64,000 nt of DNA from Minisyncoccota bacterium (lineage in GTDB: Bacteria > Patescibacteriota > Microgenomatia > UBA1400 > PJMF01): assembly GCA_009991965.1 (NCBI GenBank), contig JAACWQ010000004.1, positions 42,074-106,073 of the forward strand. Reading direction: 5' to 3'. Below, piece by piece: positions 19,129-29,713 of this stretch. Position 1 is the first letter of the stretch, and every line of letters begins with the position of its first letter. The notes beneath the pieces are model-generated. The model was not told the origin of the DNA and did not search any database. It was given only the letters and a program-made list of their open reading frames with translations. A program made the translations under genes and the position numbers.

Positions 19129-21081
19129 TTATACCTGAGTTGCAGAGGAGTTAGGCACGGTAGCTTTTATCTGGCCCATCAGTGCAGCGAACTCATCGCC
19201 ATCGAGTGTTTCTTTTTCGAGTAGTTGGAGTGAAACCAAATCGAGCTGCTTGCGATACTTCGTGATAAGCATCATCGCACGTTTTTGACCAGCGGAGATG
19301 AAATCTTGAATAGCTGCATCAACTTTTTCTTGCAGGGCGTCAGAAATTTTCATTGGCTCACCAAATGCACGATTGTAGTTGGACGTTTCAAATTGTGGTG
19401 CAAAATTCATTGCTCCGAGTTCACTCATGCCGTACTCAACAACCATAGCGCGGGCAATTCTGGTCGCTCGATCAATATCACTACTTGCGCCAGCAGTCAG
19501 TTCTTTAAAAACCAGTTGCTCTGCTGCTCGTCCACCAAGTAAAACTGCGATCTCATCGATCAACTCTGATTTTGTCGTTTGCAATTTATCTCGCTCGGGA
19601 GGAGTGAGAGTAAAACCGAGTGCTCGTCCACGTGACACGATTGAAATACGATGCACTGGATCTGCAAAATTTGAGACATGTGCAACTACTGCGTGACCAG
19701 CCTCATGAAAGGCAGTCATTTTACGCTCGATCTCGTCATGCAAACGCTTCTTGCTCGGACCCAACTTTACCTTGAGCGATGCTTCTTCTATGTCATTCAT
19801 GTTGATTTCAGTCTTGTTGGCGCGAGCAATACCAATCGCCGCTTCGTTGAGCATATTTTCGATATCTGCCCCAGAGAAACCAACGGTGCGCTTTGCCACG
19901 CGAGCCCAATTGACATCAGCTGCAAACGGCTTGGATTTGGCATGAATTGAGAGAATATATTTGCGCTCTTCGAGATCTGGGAGGTTAACTGTTACTCTAC
20001 GATCAAACCGACCCGGACGAACAAGTGCGGGATCGAGCATGTCGCCACGGTTAGTCGCGGCCATCACAATCACATTGTCATTTTGGGTAAAACCATCCAT
20101 CTCGACTAGAATTTGATTTAACGTTTGTTCGCGCTCGTCGTGACCACCCATGTTGCCCTGACCACGCATGCGGCCAATGGCGTCAATTTCGTCGATGAAG
20201 ATAATAGACGGCGCAATTTTTTTGGCAGTAGCAAACAGATCTCGTGCGCGTGAAGCACCGACGCCAACCAGCATTTCCATAAACTCACTGCCTGCAATCG
20301 AGAGAAACTGTACATTTGCTTCGCCTGCAACTGCACGTGCGAGCAGTGTTTTACCAGTTCCAGACGGACCAACGAGGAGCACGCCACGAGGGGTGCGTGC
20401 ACCAACCTTATGATATTTTTTGGGATTCTTGAGAAAATCAACAATTTCTTCGAGCTCTTGTTTCGCCTCATCCATACCACCAACGTCTTTGAACTTCGTA
20501 TTCTGCTTGCCTTTGACAAATAGTTTTGCCTTGCTACGACCGATGCCCATCATGCCATCCTGGGCACCGCGCGCTTGGCGGAAAATGAAAAAGAAAAACA
20601 CAAACATCAGGAGGACAGGCAAAATATTGATCGCCAATTCCCATGCCATTTCACCGAATGAAAGATTGGTAACCTCGACATCTGCCTCTGCCAAATCAAT
20701 GCCCGATGCGACGAGAATACTCAAAACTTCTTGATTATCTTCTTTGCGAGAGGTTTTTTCGGCTCCGTCTTTGTAGGTAATTCTGAGCTCATCACCGGCG
20801 ACTTTCACTTCACTTACTTGCTGGTCACGGACGTCTTTGACAAATTGACTCAGGCTAATACTCTTATCTTCGTTTCGGGAAAACAGAGAAATGATGAAAG
20901 GAAGAAATAACAACGCCAGCAATACATATAGTAAGCCGCGACTAAAAAACTGCGAGAGGTTAATCTCCATGCGGAATTGCTTGCCCTCAGGTTTTTTGGC
21001 GGGTGGTGTTTCAGTTGGTTTTTGTGTTTTGGTAGTCTTTGGGGTAGCCATAATTCTCCGGATCGAGCTGTATTGTAACAC
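19129..21081 (-). CDS. ftsH: ATP-dependent zinc metalloprotease FtsH
   Basis: N-terminal TM helices, AAA module [18 protein letters not shown], zinc site HEAGHAVVA. Confidence 0.9.
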   Translation of the reverse strand: MLQYSSIRRIMATPKTTKTQKPTETPPAKKPEGKQFRMEINLSQFFSRGLLYVLLALLFLPFIISLFSRNEDKSISLSQFVKDVRDQQVSEVKVAGDELRITYKDGAEKTSRKEDNQEVLSILVASGIDLAEADVEVTNLSFGEMAWELAINILPVLLMFVFFFFIFRQARGAQDGMMGIGRSKAKLFVKGKQNTKFKDVGGMDEAKQELEEIVDFLKNPKKYHKVGARTPRGVLLVGPSGTGKTLLARAVAGEANVQFLSIAGSEFMEMLVGVGASRARDLFATAKKIAPSIIFIDEIDAIGRMRGQGNMGGHDEREQTLNQILVEMDGFTQNDNVIVMAATNRGDMLDPALVRPGRFDRRVTVNLPDLEERKYILSIHAKSKPFAADVNWARVAKRTVGFSGADIENMLNEAAIGIARANKTEINMNDIEEASLKVKLGPSKKRLHDEIERKMTAFHEAGHAVVAHVSNFADPVHRISIVSRGRALGFTLTPPERDKLQTTKSELIDEIAVLLGGRAAEQLVFKELTAGASSDIDRATRIARAMVVEYGMSELGAMNFAPQFETSNYNRAFGEPMKISDALQEKVDAAIQDFISAGQKRAMMLITKYRKQLDLVSLQLLEKETLDGDEFAALMGQIKATVPNSSATQV

Positions 21082-21090
21082 GCAAAAATG

Positions 21091-21432
21091 CTAGCGCAGG
21101 ATGGATCCTGCAGGCAGTGATTGGTCTGGATGCAGTAAAATTGCGCGGGTTCCGTCGTCGGCCGCAACGATCATGCCCTGGCTCTCAACTCCTCGCAATA
21201 TGCGTGGTTCTAGATTTGCCAAGTAGCTCACTTGTTTGCCAACTAAATCTTCTGGTACATACCAACCTTTGATGCCTGCTGCGACTGTTCGTTCTCCCAA
21301 CTCGCCAACATCGAGGGTGATTTTGAGCAATTTGTCTGCATTTTCGATTGGTTCGGCGGCGATAATCGTCGCAATGCGCAAGTCTAAACTGGCAAAAACT
21401 TCAAAGTTAATTAGTGGTTTTGCTTCTGACAT
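21091..21432 (-). CDS. CsaA-like tRNA-binding domain protein
   Basis: OB-fold tRNA-binding domain pattern shared with CsaA/Trbp111 and the MetRS C-terminus (LDLRIATI...KLLKITLDVGE...HPDQSLPAGS). Confidence 0.75.
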   Translation of the reverse strand: MSEAKPLINFEVFASLDLRIATIIAAEPIENADKLLKITLDVGELGERTVAAGIKGWYVPEDLVGKQVSYLANLEPRILRGVESQGMIVAADDGTRAILLHPDQSLPAGSILR

Positions 21433-21437
21433 ACTTA

Positions 21438-22418
21438 TCAGAGTCCCATTTTTTCTTTTACTTCGTTGAGCGTTTTGCGTGCGACGGCTTGGGCTTTGGC
21501 AGCTCCAGTTGTAATGACTTCGTCGACAAATTTTGGGTTGGCTATAAGCTCTTGTCGTTTTTCTTGTAGTGGCTGCAGCTCTGCAAAAATGCTGGCTGCC
21601 AACTCTTTTTTGAGATCTCCATAGCGGATACCTGTGCCTTCATACTGTGACGCATATTCTGCTCGCTTGTCTGCACCAGAGAAAAGTTCTACAAATTGCA
21701 AGAGATTCTTCACTCCTTGCGGCATAGTCTCTACGGTTCCCGTTCCACCGTCAGTTGGCGCTGCTTTGAGCCTCTCGAGAATTTCTGCTTCGGTATCGGT
21801 CAGGGAAATGTAACTGCCTTCGACACTTTTGCTCATCTTGCCAGTACCTTGCAGTGATGGCACATACTCACCTTTGGTCGCAAAGCGCGTTGGTTCGGGG
21901 AAATCGGTGTCATACGCCTCATTCATTTTTCGCGCTATCTGGCGAGCAATTTCGAGGTGTGGTTCTTGATCGATACCAACGGGTACCAAATTTGCCTTGT
22001 ACAGCAAAATATCTGAGGCCATCAATAGTGGGTAATTGAGCAGCGCCATCGTAGCGTGATCGGGATATTGTTTTATTTTGTCTTTAAACGTCGGCAGATG
22101 CTGCATGCGGGCAATGCTCATGACCGAGGAAAAGAGAAAAGCCAATTCGAGGTGTTCTCCCACCATGGACTGCAAAAACAACGTCGAGCGTTCTGGATCA
22201 AGGCCGGCTGCCAGGTAATCAACAATCACCTCACGGCGATTTACACGCAGTTCGTCGATATCGTAAGGAGTAGTAATAGTATGGACATCGGCCACCATAA
22301 AAAAGGTGTCAATCGCTTGGTCTGCTTGCACGGCAAACATACCTTTGACCGCACCGAGGTAATTACCAAGATGCAAGCGACCGGTGGCGCGGATACCAGA
22401 GAGAACAGTCTGTTTCAT
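21438..22418 (-). CDS. trpS: tryptophan--tRNA ligase
   Basis: Class I motifs HLGNYLGAV and KMSKS. Confidence 0.9.
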   Translation of the reverse strand: MKQTVLSGIRATGRLHLGNYLGAVKGMFAVQADQAIDTFFMVADVHTITTPYDIDELRVNRREVIVDYLAAGLDPERSTLFLQSMVGEHLELAFLFSSVMSIARMQHLPTFKDKIKQYPDHATMALLNYPLLMASDILLYKANLVPVGIDQEPHLEIARQIARKMNEAYDTDFPEPTRFATKGEYVPSLQGTGKMSKSVEGSYISLTDTEAEILERLKAAPTDGGTGTVETMPQGVKNLLQFVELFSGADKRAEYASQYEGTGIRYGDLKKELAASIFAELQPLQEKRQELIANPKFVDEVITTGAAKAQAVARKTLNEVKEKMGL

Positions 22419-22456
22419 GATGGGGTTATTGTACCATCAGAGACCGATATGAAAAT

Positions 22457-23323
22457 TTACAACTCTTCAATTCGAATATTTGGCTCCATATCTGGAGCTT
22501 CGATCAATTTGAGATATTTTTCGGTAGTAGTGATACGTTTGTGACCTACCAGTTGGGAAACATACACGAGTGGTGTACCAGCCTTGAGCTGCTCAACGAC
22601 AAAGGTGTGTCGCAAGTCGTTGACTTTCGCACCACGGATTCCACCTAGGCGGAAATAGCGATCAATAGCGGTACGGATATTACGAACGAGGAACGGTCGG
22701 CATGTTTTGGTCAAAAACAGTGATTTTTCTCGTGCTCTCGGTCTCATCTGCATATATTCCATAAGCGCGTGCTTGGCTGCTTGGTTTAATGGAATACGTC
22801 GACTACCACGTGAGTTTTGCGGCCGAATAGTAATTATGTTACGATCAAAGTCCACGTCCGATAGTTCGAGTGCTGCGAGCTCACTGATACGCATACCTGT
22901 CTGCAACAACAACTCTACGACCGCATACATTCTTGCATCTGCGCGACACGCATCACGAAGTGCTCGATACTCCAATTTTGACAAAATCCGTGGTGGATTT
23001 TGGTCATACTTTGGATGAGAAACTTGCTCTGCTGGATTTTCGATTGTGCTGTCAGTACTAGAGACGTAACGGAAAAATGCTTTAATAGAATTGATTTTTC
23101 TAGAAATTGATTTACCGGTGTATCGCTGCTTTTTTAATAATTCTTTGAATTCGTTGATGTCATCTGGGATAACATCAGTAACCATGAGTCGCTGTTTCTT
23201 TGCCTCAAACTCAATGAGCTGCTCAATATCTTTGCTGTATGCAATCACTGTGGCATGGGCTTTGCCCGTATCCTCCAAATGTGAAACAAATTGCGTACGC
23301 GAAGTAGTTAGCGGTGTACTCAT
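22457..23323 (-). CDS. tyrosine site-specific recombinase, XerC/XerD-like
   Basis: N-terminal SAM-like domain; C-terminal catalytic region (HTFVVEQLKAGTPLVYVSQLVGHKRITTTEKY). Confidence 0.8.
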   Translation of the reverse strand: MSTPLTTSRTQFVSHLEDTGKAHATVIAYSKDIEQLIEFEAKKQRLMVTDVIPDDINEFKELLKKQRYTGKSISRKINSIKAFFRYVSSTDSTIENPAEQVSHPKYDQNPPRILSKLEYRALRDACRADARMYAVVELLLQTGMRISELAALELSDVDFDRNIITIRPQNSRGSRRIPLNQAAKHALMEYMQMRPRAREKSLFLTKTCRPFLVRNIRTAIDRYFRLGGIRGAKVNDLRHTFVVEQLKAGTPLVYVSQLVGHKRITTTEKYLKLIEAPDMEPNIRIEEL

Positions 23324-23433
23324 GGAAGCTACCTGTCAGTGATGTATACTTTTAACATGAGGAAACTTGATACAGCACAATATTTCTTTTACTTGGATCC
23401 TCTAGGGCTTATAGTAACATTGGCTAAGATTAT

Positions 23434-23796
23434 TTGCAAATGAAAAAAGTTCTCTCAAATCAAGTTGTTTTGCTCGGATTTGCTCTTTTTATAACTTTCA
23501 CCGTGTTCTCAATGAGACAAAGTAGCAAGAAAATAATCAATCAGGATCAAAACCTACAACAAGTGGGTCAAATAAATCAAGAAATTCGACAAGAAATTTC
23601 TGGTTTAGAAACAAAAATTACCACGGTAACCAGCGATTTTTCCAAAGAAAAACGTCTGCGAGATGAGTTATTGCTCCAAAAACCAGGTGAATATATCGTA
23701 TTGCTTGATGAAAGTGAGTCAGAAGAGTTGGAAGTTACTGTGCCACAGAACGCTGAAACGTCTGTTTGGGAGCAGTGGCGAGCGGTGTTGTGGTAA
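23434..23796 (+). CDS. FtsB/DivIC-like septum formation protein (tentative)
   Basis: N-terminal TM helix followed by a coiled-coil segment. Confidence 0.35.
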   Translation: MQMKKVLSNQVVLLGFALFITFTVFSMRQSSKKIINQDQNLQQVGQINQEIRQEISGLETKITTVTSDFSKEKRLRDELLLQKPGEYIVLLDESESEELEVTVPQNAETSVWEQWRAVLW

Positions 23797-23850
23797 ATAA
23801 TAGTATATTTAGTATATTGTTATTTTGTATATCTTTGATATATTGAAAAT

Positions 23851-24276
23851 ATGCTACAAAGAATCGAATCTCTTTTCAGTCATCGACCTGCCAACCAAGT
23901 GAAGGCTGGAGGTGAGGAGGCAGTCTCTCCCTTATTTAACTTCGATGGCTACCCGCAAGAAGTTAGAGATTCGTTTCTGACTGAAGCTGATGCAACTGCT
24001 GTAGATAGAATTGTCGCACATCTTCGTGAAAGTGAGGAAACTCCCAAGGCTATTCAACTAGAACATACCAATACTGGAAGTTGGGTCCATCTTGCTTATC
24101 TTGGTACATCAATTGGAGTAAACTGGGCAAATCCCCAAAAATATCCTAAAGATTATCCAGAATATGAAAGAACATACTATGGTCCAATTGGACCTAAAGA
24201 CGTCCAGACTAGAAGAGCAAATTTACTCAGTGTAAAACTTGGTATTCCGCTAGAAACTACAAACAAGCGTTACTAG
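23851..24276 (+). CDS. hypothetical protein
   Basis: 141-aa ORF, no recognisable motif. Confidence 0.4.
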   Translation: MLQRIESLFSHRPANQVKAGGEEAVSPLFNFDGYPQEVRDSFLTEADATAVDRIVAHLRESEETPKAIQLEHTNTGSWVHLAYLGTSIGVNWANPQKYPKDYPEYERTYYGPIGPKDVQTRRANLLSVKLGIPLETTNKRY

Positions 24277-24296
24277 CTTGTTTCCGACGAGATGTC

Positions 24297-24953
24297 CTAT
24301 TTCGCCCGAAGTTTCCCAATGATAATTACGTTGGCATTTGCAAACGGATAGTTGTACTTTGGCATTTTCTTGAGCACTCGCTTGTCTACCTCCAACCAAG
24401 AGTTAAAGACTGTCTTGCGCTGCAGGAAAAAAGCTTTATCAAACGCAATCTTGTTCGTTCTTAAATGCTCATCTAAATACAGATTATATCCCAAAGGAAG
24501 AGTAATAAATACAGTACCACCAGGCGCAAGTAAAGATTTTAGATGTTCCAATGCCCGAGGAATTTTTTGCTTATTCTTGACTTTTTCATCCCAACCCACG
24601 TGTTCTAAAGTAGAAATTGAGACTATCAGTTTAAATTTTTTTGAACTCTTAAAATTAATCACATCTTTGTTGATTACACCTGGAGCTACTTCATACTTAT
24701 CAACAACTTGATGACTGATCGGAAAATAATGCGAAAGGACATTGCCAACTTCTAGCACCTCACTGCTTTGGTATTTTTGAACTTCTGCCCAAGCGATCGG
24801 CAACTCAACTGCACGCTCATTTATGTGAGGCGAATTATATTTATGACAAAAGTAGTGATACTGTTTATTTTGAAATCTAAAAGTTCGCAGTGGCTGCACC
24901 AGCTTGTGAATGAAATAGCTTTTATTTATCCTGGCAATAAGTTGTTTTAGCAT
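24297..24953 (-). CDS. class I SAM-dependent methyltransferase-like protein (tentative)
   Basis: VLEVGNV (motif I-like), ISTLEHV, PGGTVFIT. Confidence 0.35.
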   Translation of the reverse strand: MLKQLIARINKSYFIHKLVQPLRTFRFQNKQYHYFCHKYNSPHINERAVELPIAWAEVQKYQSSEVLEVGNVLSHYFPISHQVVDKYEVAPGVINKDVINFKSSKKFKLIVSISTLEHVGWDEKVKNKQKIPRALEHLKSLLAPGGTVFITLPLGYNLYLDEHLRTNKIAFDKAFFLQRKTVFNSWLEVDKRVLKKMPKYNYPFANANVIIIGKLRAK

Positions 24954-24964
24954 ACTTTCTTTAA

Positions 24965-25243
24965 CTAACTATGATGAACTGTATAATTCTGCAACAGCAC
25001 GCTATACATCAAATACTTCTCTGCTGTTTGTAACGAAGTTTCTTGTTCGGTATCCCCTCTGACATCAGCTGCAATATTTTTGATATACGCTGCTTCTTCA
25101 CAACTTTGCAATTGCAATGCCCATCGCTTTGCTTCAAACAAAAATCGTTGCGCCGCAGTGGTAGAGCCTCTCTGGGTAAGACTCGCCACTCGTAGCAAAT
25201 CGCTTGAGAGCGAACCTACTAACAAACGCGTGTCGTCTGTCAT
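24965..25243 (-). CDS. hypothetical protein
   Basis: 92-aa ORF, tightly packed with same-strand neighbours. Confidence 0.3.
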   Translation of the reverse strand: MTDDTRLLVGSLSSDLLRVASLTQRGSTTAAQRFLFEAKRWALQLQSCEEAAYIKNIAADVRGDTEQETSLQTAEKYLMYSVLLQNYTVHHS

Positions 25244-25578
25244 AAAATACTCGCAAAAAAATACTCAGTGAGTTCTCGATATTGTTTGCGAATTTTTTCG
25301 CTTTGAATGTCATTTTTTGTGTTGTCGTCTCGCGGCCTAATGTTTATAAACGAACTAAAATCAATTTCCTTTGTTTCAAGATCGATTCCCCCTCCCCAAA
25401 TATTCCTCTGCTTAGATCCCTGTTGCAGCAATAATTGTTCACCTTCAAAGTGTCTATTCATGCCAGCAGAACAAACTTTATTCTCAAGATCAATTACGGT
25501 TTTGATATATACCTCAAATTCTGCTGCCAGCTGATCAATTTGTTCTATAGAAAATGGTTGCGATTGCGTGATAATCAT
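25240..25578 (-). CDS. hypothetical protein
   Basis: 112-aa ORF, 4-bp overlap with the downstream ORF. Confidence 0.35.
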   Translation of the reverse strand: MIITQSQPFSIEQIDQLAAEFEVYIKTVIDLENKVCSAGMNRHFEGEQLLLQQGSKQRNIWGGGIDLETKEIDFSSFINIRPRDDNTKNDIQSEKIRKQYRELTEYFFASIL

Positions 25579-25583
25579 CTGGC

Positions 25584-26156
25584 TTATGATAACAGATCAT
25601 CAGCGACTGCCTTCATATGCTCTTCAATAAGTCCCCTCAAAAAAACAGAACGAGGAATACGTTTTTCTCGAGACACCTTGTTGAGATACTCCCCAATTTC
25701 TGGCGAAATATAAAAATCAAAGCGTACGTCTTTGTTACCCTTTGCATACTCGAGTGCTGAAGCCAAAATCTCTTCGAGCGTTTCTCGATCGTATGCGAGT
25801 ATGACAATCTTATCGCTTGCCGAACTATCAAGCATAAAAGGCTTTTTGCCATCCGTGTACAAAACAATGACTTGCTTACCAAAATGTAACGCTTGGTTGA
25901 TGAGATGACCTACGCCAAGGCTTGGGTATGTTGCCTCAAATATACAAACCTCCGCCTTTTTGATGGCTCGGATAGTATCTTTGTAGTATTTTTTTCGCTG
26001 CTCAGCATCCCAAGAATAAAACTCTTCTTCGCTAATATTTCGAATCACATCATCAGTTAGATGCACCTTAACTGAATCAAAATAGTTATAAATTCGCTCG
26101 ATTTCCTGTGAGTAATCCTGCTTTGCCCTTGGAGAAGTTGAGAAGAAAATTTTCAT
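25584..26156 (-). CDS. NDT/SLOG-like Rossmann domain fused to a C-terminal ribbon-helix-helix
   Basis: Core EVCIFEATYPSLGVGHLINQALHFGKQVIVLY resembles the nucleoside 2-deoxyribosyltransferase/DNPH1 fold; C-terminal KRIPRSVFLRGLIEEHMK looks like a CopG-type RHH. Confidence 0.4.
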   Translation of the reverse strand: MKIFFSTSPRAKQDYSQEIERIYNYFDSVKVHLTDDVIRNISEEEFYSWDAEQRKKYYKDTIRAIKKAEVCIFEATYPSLGVGHLINQALHFGKQVIVLYTDGKKPFMLDSSASDKIVILAYDRETLEEILASALEYAKGNKDVRFDFYISPEIGEYLNKVSREKRIPRSVFLRGLIEEHMKAVADDLLS

Positions 26157-26168
26157 CTTTGGGTGGAA

Positions 26169-26747
26169 TTATACAGCCAACTTTGTGCCATCGATAATAA
26201 TATCGGCAAATATTTTTGGTGCGTGGTTTTTAAAATACTCTTGCTCTTCTGTCGCCCATTTTCGCCATACTGTCTCAAGCGCTGCTCTCGATTTTTTTGA
26301 TCCGTCAGCGATGTCTCGCTGAACACCTCTCTTTATGCAAAGCTCAAGCGGCGTATCCACAAATATGCCAAGTGAAATATATTGTCGAAATTCTTTGCGC
26401 AGCGCACTGACACCCTCAATTATCATGATTGGAGTAACTTGCTTCGACACAAGTTTTCGTTTCTGATCAGGATTCTCCCACCACCGTGAGCACTCATACT
26501 GCAAAGTTGTATGGCCATTTTGAATTGGTATAAAAATGGTTGGTGCCAACAGTTTCCACCACTCGAGAGGATTATCCTCACTCGCAAAGTCATCGGTCTG
26601 AATAATCTCTGCCGACAATTCTTTCGCCAATGAGTCTGCTAGTGTCAATTTGCCCGCACCACCATGCCCGTCTATACCGATAAACAAGGTGTCACCAACT
26701 TTTGGCTTTGTTGTTTTGAGCAGTTTTGTGATATCAGTTTTTAGCAT
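26169..26747 (-). CDS. P-loop nucleoside/nucleotide kinase, uridine kinase-like
   Basis: Walker A FIGIDGHGGAGKLTLADSL, then DDF and a lid region as in the uridine kinase/PRK family. Confidence 0.55.
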   Translation of the reverse strand: MLKTDITKLLKTTKPKVGDTLFIGIDGHGGAGKLTLADSLAKELSAEIIQTDDFASEDNPLEWWKLLAPTIFIPIQNGHTTLQYECSRWWENPDQKRKLVSKQVTPIMIIEGVSALRKEFRQYISLGIFVDTPLELCIKRGVQRDIADGSKKSRAALETVWRKWATEEQEYFKNHAPKIFADIIIDGTKLAV

Positions 26748-26956
26748 TGTAGTGACAATTAAAAAAATTTACTCAAAAGCAAACATGGGATATTTGTAGA
26801 TTCATTAGGCTGCCAAGCAACTTTATTTGTGTCAATTATATAGCCCGCTTTGACATAAAATCCAAAAGAATCAAACTTCGGATTCTTCTCTTTACTATAT
26901 GGGTGGTCAACCGCCAAGGCCTCCCAGACAGCTTTGCAACCCAGTTTGTTAGCCGT

Positions 26957-27286
26957 TTACTCCACAGCTTTCAAGAGGGCTTCATCAGCCCACATATTCT
27001 CAATCTCATAGTTCGATTTTGTCGTAAATTGTTGCAAAAAAAGAACGGTGCTATGCTGAGGAAATGGACCTAGATATCCAGTTGGATTTGCTGTTGTTTC
27101 CAACACTTCAAAAATTGCGAAACCAACAAGAATATCATCTACAAAGAGAACAATGTTTTTGTCGGGATATTTGACCGCAACCGCTAATTCCTGCTCTGAA
27201 ATTGCGTGTTTGCCAAACCACTTGCTATCTAATTCTGCTGCAGATGTGGTATCAGCTTCCCGCAATGATCTATGAGAAAAAATCAT
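26957..27286 (-). CDS. hypothetical protein
   Basis: 109-aa ORF, 4-bp overlap with the PIN gene stop. Confidence 0.3.
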   Translation of the reverse strand: MIFSHRSLREADTTSAAELDSKWFGKHAISEQELAVAVKYPDKNIVLFVDDILVGFAIFEVLETTANPTGYLGPFPQHSTVLFLQQFTTKSNYEIENMWADEALLKAVE

Positions 27287-27732
27287 ATGAGTTCGCCCTC
27301 AGAAGCTACTGTTTCTAAAAATGCTTTTGGTGAAATAATCCGAAGCTTCTTTAAGCTAGGCTCACTAGCCAAAACAAGCAAGTCACGATCTCCCGAAATC
27401 AAAAAGTCAGCTTTCGCAGACAGAGCCAAATCCAATAAAAACTGATCTTTTGGATCACGAACTCGTAGTTCGTTAGATTTTAAAACAATTTTCTTCCCTC
27501 TTTGTTGTAGTAATTCGATAAGTTTGTGTACGGAGGTATTAGTCAGATGGTACCTCGTTTTGATTTTTTTTCGGTTCAAAACGTTGATTATTTCATTAAG
27601 TAACTCGTCACTCAATGCTAGTTCAATTCTCGACTTTTGCCACAATTGTATGATCTTGTACGGATGACCGCTTGGAACAATGAGTCCACTTATGAATACA
27701 TTAGTATCAATTATTACTAGAGGTTTTTTCAT
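27283..27732 (-). CDS. PIN-domain toxin
   Basis: LVIIDTNVFISGL, acidic residues at PIN positions, DFLISGDRDLL. Confidence 0.6.
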   Translation of the reverse strand: MKKPLVIIDTNVFISGLIVPSGHPYKIIQLWQKSRIELALSDELLNEIINVLNRKKIKTRYHLTNTSVHKLIELLQQRGKKIVLKSNELRVRDPKDQFLLDLALSAKADFLISGDRDLLVLASEPSLKKLRIISPKAFLETVASEGELI

Positions 27733-28006
27733 AACGTCCAAGTCTACTGGACTCTACCTCTTGTGAAATTTCACGAAAAGCTGCAACAGCAGCAAGATCT
27801 TTATTTTTGGTACGAATTGACTCCAAAAATGCAAAAGACTTAAGGCGCTCGTACTCATCAAGCAGCTCAAGACTAATCATGGCTAGTTGTGATTGGCTTC
27901 GGTTCATGACAATGACGGGTCTGTCAGAATTTTGAACAGTTGCGACAACATCTTTATACTGTCTTTGTACGGATCTAATTGAAACTGTCTTGTTAAGATA
28001 AGGCAT
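27707..28006 (-). CDS. Phd/YefM-family antitoxin
   Basis: Pattern VSIRSVQRQYKDVVATVQNSDRPVIVMNRSQSQLAMISLELLDEYE; overlaps the PIN gene start. Confidence 0.55.
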   Translation of the reverse strand: MPYLNKTVSIRSVQRQYKDVVATVQNSDRPVIVMNRSQSQLAMISLELLDEYERLKSFAFLESIRTKNKDLAAVAAFREISQEVESSRLGRYEKTSSNN

Positions 28007-28026
28007 AGCCCTATGATAACATTTGT

Positions 28027-28281
28027 TTATTTTTTGTCAATCATTTGTCTGACAAACTGCAACTTTATCTCCCTACTCCAACTTTTAATCTCGTATTCTC
28101 GTTTGAGCGCTTCGCTTCTTGTGCCAACTGCTTCCAAATAGACTTGCCGTACTGGTTTGTGTGAACGTGTGTAGTGACCACCTTTGCCCACAAGGTGTTC
28201 CTGAAATCTTCTTGCTGGATCGGTGGAAATGCCAGTGTAGAGCGTGCCATCTGCGCACAAGAGAATGTAAACGGACCACAT
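28027..28281 (-). CDS. GIY-YIG nuclease superfamily protein (YhbQ/UPF0213-like)
   Basis: VYILLCADGTLYTGISTDPARRFQEH...GGHYTR...KREYEIKSW. Confidence 0.75.
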   Translation of the reverse strand: MWSVYILLCADGTLYTGISTDPARRFQEHLVGKGGHYTRSHKPVRQVYLEAVGTRSEALKREYEIKSWSREIKLQFVRQMIDKK

Positions 28282-28290
28282 AGTTGTTGC

Positions 28291-29625
28291 CTAACGATCA
28301 AGTAACTTCATAATCCTCTGCCCTGTATACAGCTCTGTGCCAAACTTGTTGCCACTCGCTTCCTTTTCAAAAAGAACAAAACTGCTGATCGATAGTACGT
28401 TTATCGAAACAAAAACTCCGACAAATATCCAGAGAATGATCTTCGAGTATCGCCCCTCAATCCATTCGAGTATTTTAGCAAGCAGTATTAAAAAAAGTGG
28501 CAGTGAAGAAATAAACATTCTGCCGCCGTAGGCCGCCGCTTTCCAACCACCTTGTAACACGATGATTGCGTACTGAAAACAGAAAAAGATGAAAAGTACT
28601 TTTAGAAAGTAATCCAATTTCTTTTTATACGCCAAACGAACAAACAGAGCTGCAGATACAAATAGAATTGGCGTTCTGGTAAATAAACCATTGGTGAAGT
28701 GAAAAAGTGTTCCAGCCAAATCTCTCATCGAACTTTGACTTTGTTGAGCGGTCATCCAAAGGAAATATGGGTGAGAATCAAATGTATCAAAAGTAGTAAT
28801 CCACTGCAGTACGAGTGGTAAAAACATTAGAAATTGTATTCCAAAGAATACAAAAAGATTTTTTAGTATCTGTTGCCAATGACTTTTATTTTTCTTGAAT
28901 AACACGGCCACAGCAACTAAAACAACTACAGAAATTACAGCGTCCTGTGGACGGGTAATGCTCAGCAAACCAGCAATCAACCCCAGAACAAAGTAATTTT
29001 TGGTACTGAGTCTTTGCTTTTGTTTATAAAAATAGAAGAAAAATAGTGTTGCTAAGAAAAATGAAGCAAAGTGCGAGTTGAGCACATCGAACGAACCATA
29101 GTACAAAAGATTGGTGGATAGCAACAGCAAGAGAACAGCAACACGACCGACACTTTGTTTGAAACGAAGCATCAACAGCAATTTTTCACTGAGCCATGCT
29201 ACTGCTACAACGTACAGAATCGCACCTACTCCAGACAGCATTTGGTATGTATCTGAGTAGCCAGTGCGAGCAAGCGATGCTCCAAAAAAATTTGCAACCA
29301 CAACTACGCCATCTGCCAGAGCGTAAAACGGTAGCAGTAGTAGTGCCGTCCCAGGAGAAAAATGGTTGAGCGCTTTTCCTTGTGAATTTGTCCCAACAAT
29401 CTGCACTATAGGAGAGCTAAGAGGTCGCTGCGAATTATTATTTTCGTGGTTATAGATGTGCCTGTATTCATTGGTAAAATCATTGTCAGCGTCAAAATAC
29501 CAAGAATGCAAATACGCGTAGTACCCTATGCCATCTCCATAAACTGCTTGGCCGGATACAAAATAGTGAATTGAAAATATACTAACAAATGAAATAAAAA
29601 GCAGTGGGAAATAGAATTTCTTCAC
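28291..29625 (-). CDS. polytopic membrane protein, GT-C-fold glycosyltransferase-like (PMT/ArnT-like, tentative)
   Basis: About 11 predicted TM helices and an Asp-containing N-terminal loop (YFDADNDF). Confidence 0.4.
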   Translation of the reverse strand: MKKFYFPLLFISFVSIFSIHYFVSGQAVYGDGIGYYAYLHSWYFDADNDFTNEYRHIYNHENNNSQRPLSSPIVQIVGTNSQGKALNHFSPGTALLLLPFYALADGVVVVANFFGASLARTGYSDTYQMLSGVGAILYVVAVAWLSEKLLLMLRFKQSVGRVAVLLLLLSTNLLYYGSFDVLNSHFASFFLATLFFFYFYKQKQRLSTKNYFVLGLIAGLLSITRPQDAVISVVVLVAVAVLFKKNKSHWQQILKNLFVFFGIQFLMFLPLVLQWITTFDTFDSHPYFLWMTAQQSQSSMRDLAGTLFHFTNGLFTRTPILFVSAALFVRLAYKKKLDYFLKVLFIFFCFQYAIIVLQGGWKAAAYGGRMFISSLPLFLILLAKILEWIEGRYSKIILWIFVGVFVSINVLSISSFVLFEKEASGNKFGTELYTGQRIMKLLDR

Positions 29626-29713
29626 ACGGTTTTCAGTAGATTTGCGAAGTATTCATCATAAGCGTAGTATAACGTTTCCAAGAAACCACGTATCCATACA
29701 CACAAAAATTGCG

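Noticed and set aside
22419-22456. Possible T-box or leader upstream of trpS
   Set aside because: There are only 38 bp between trpS and the upstream gene. That is too short for a T-box riboswitch, and no specifier or antiterminator structure is visible.
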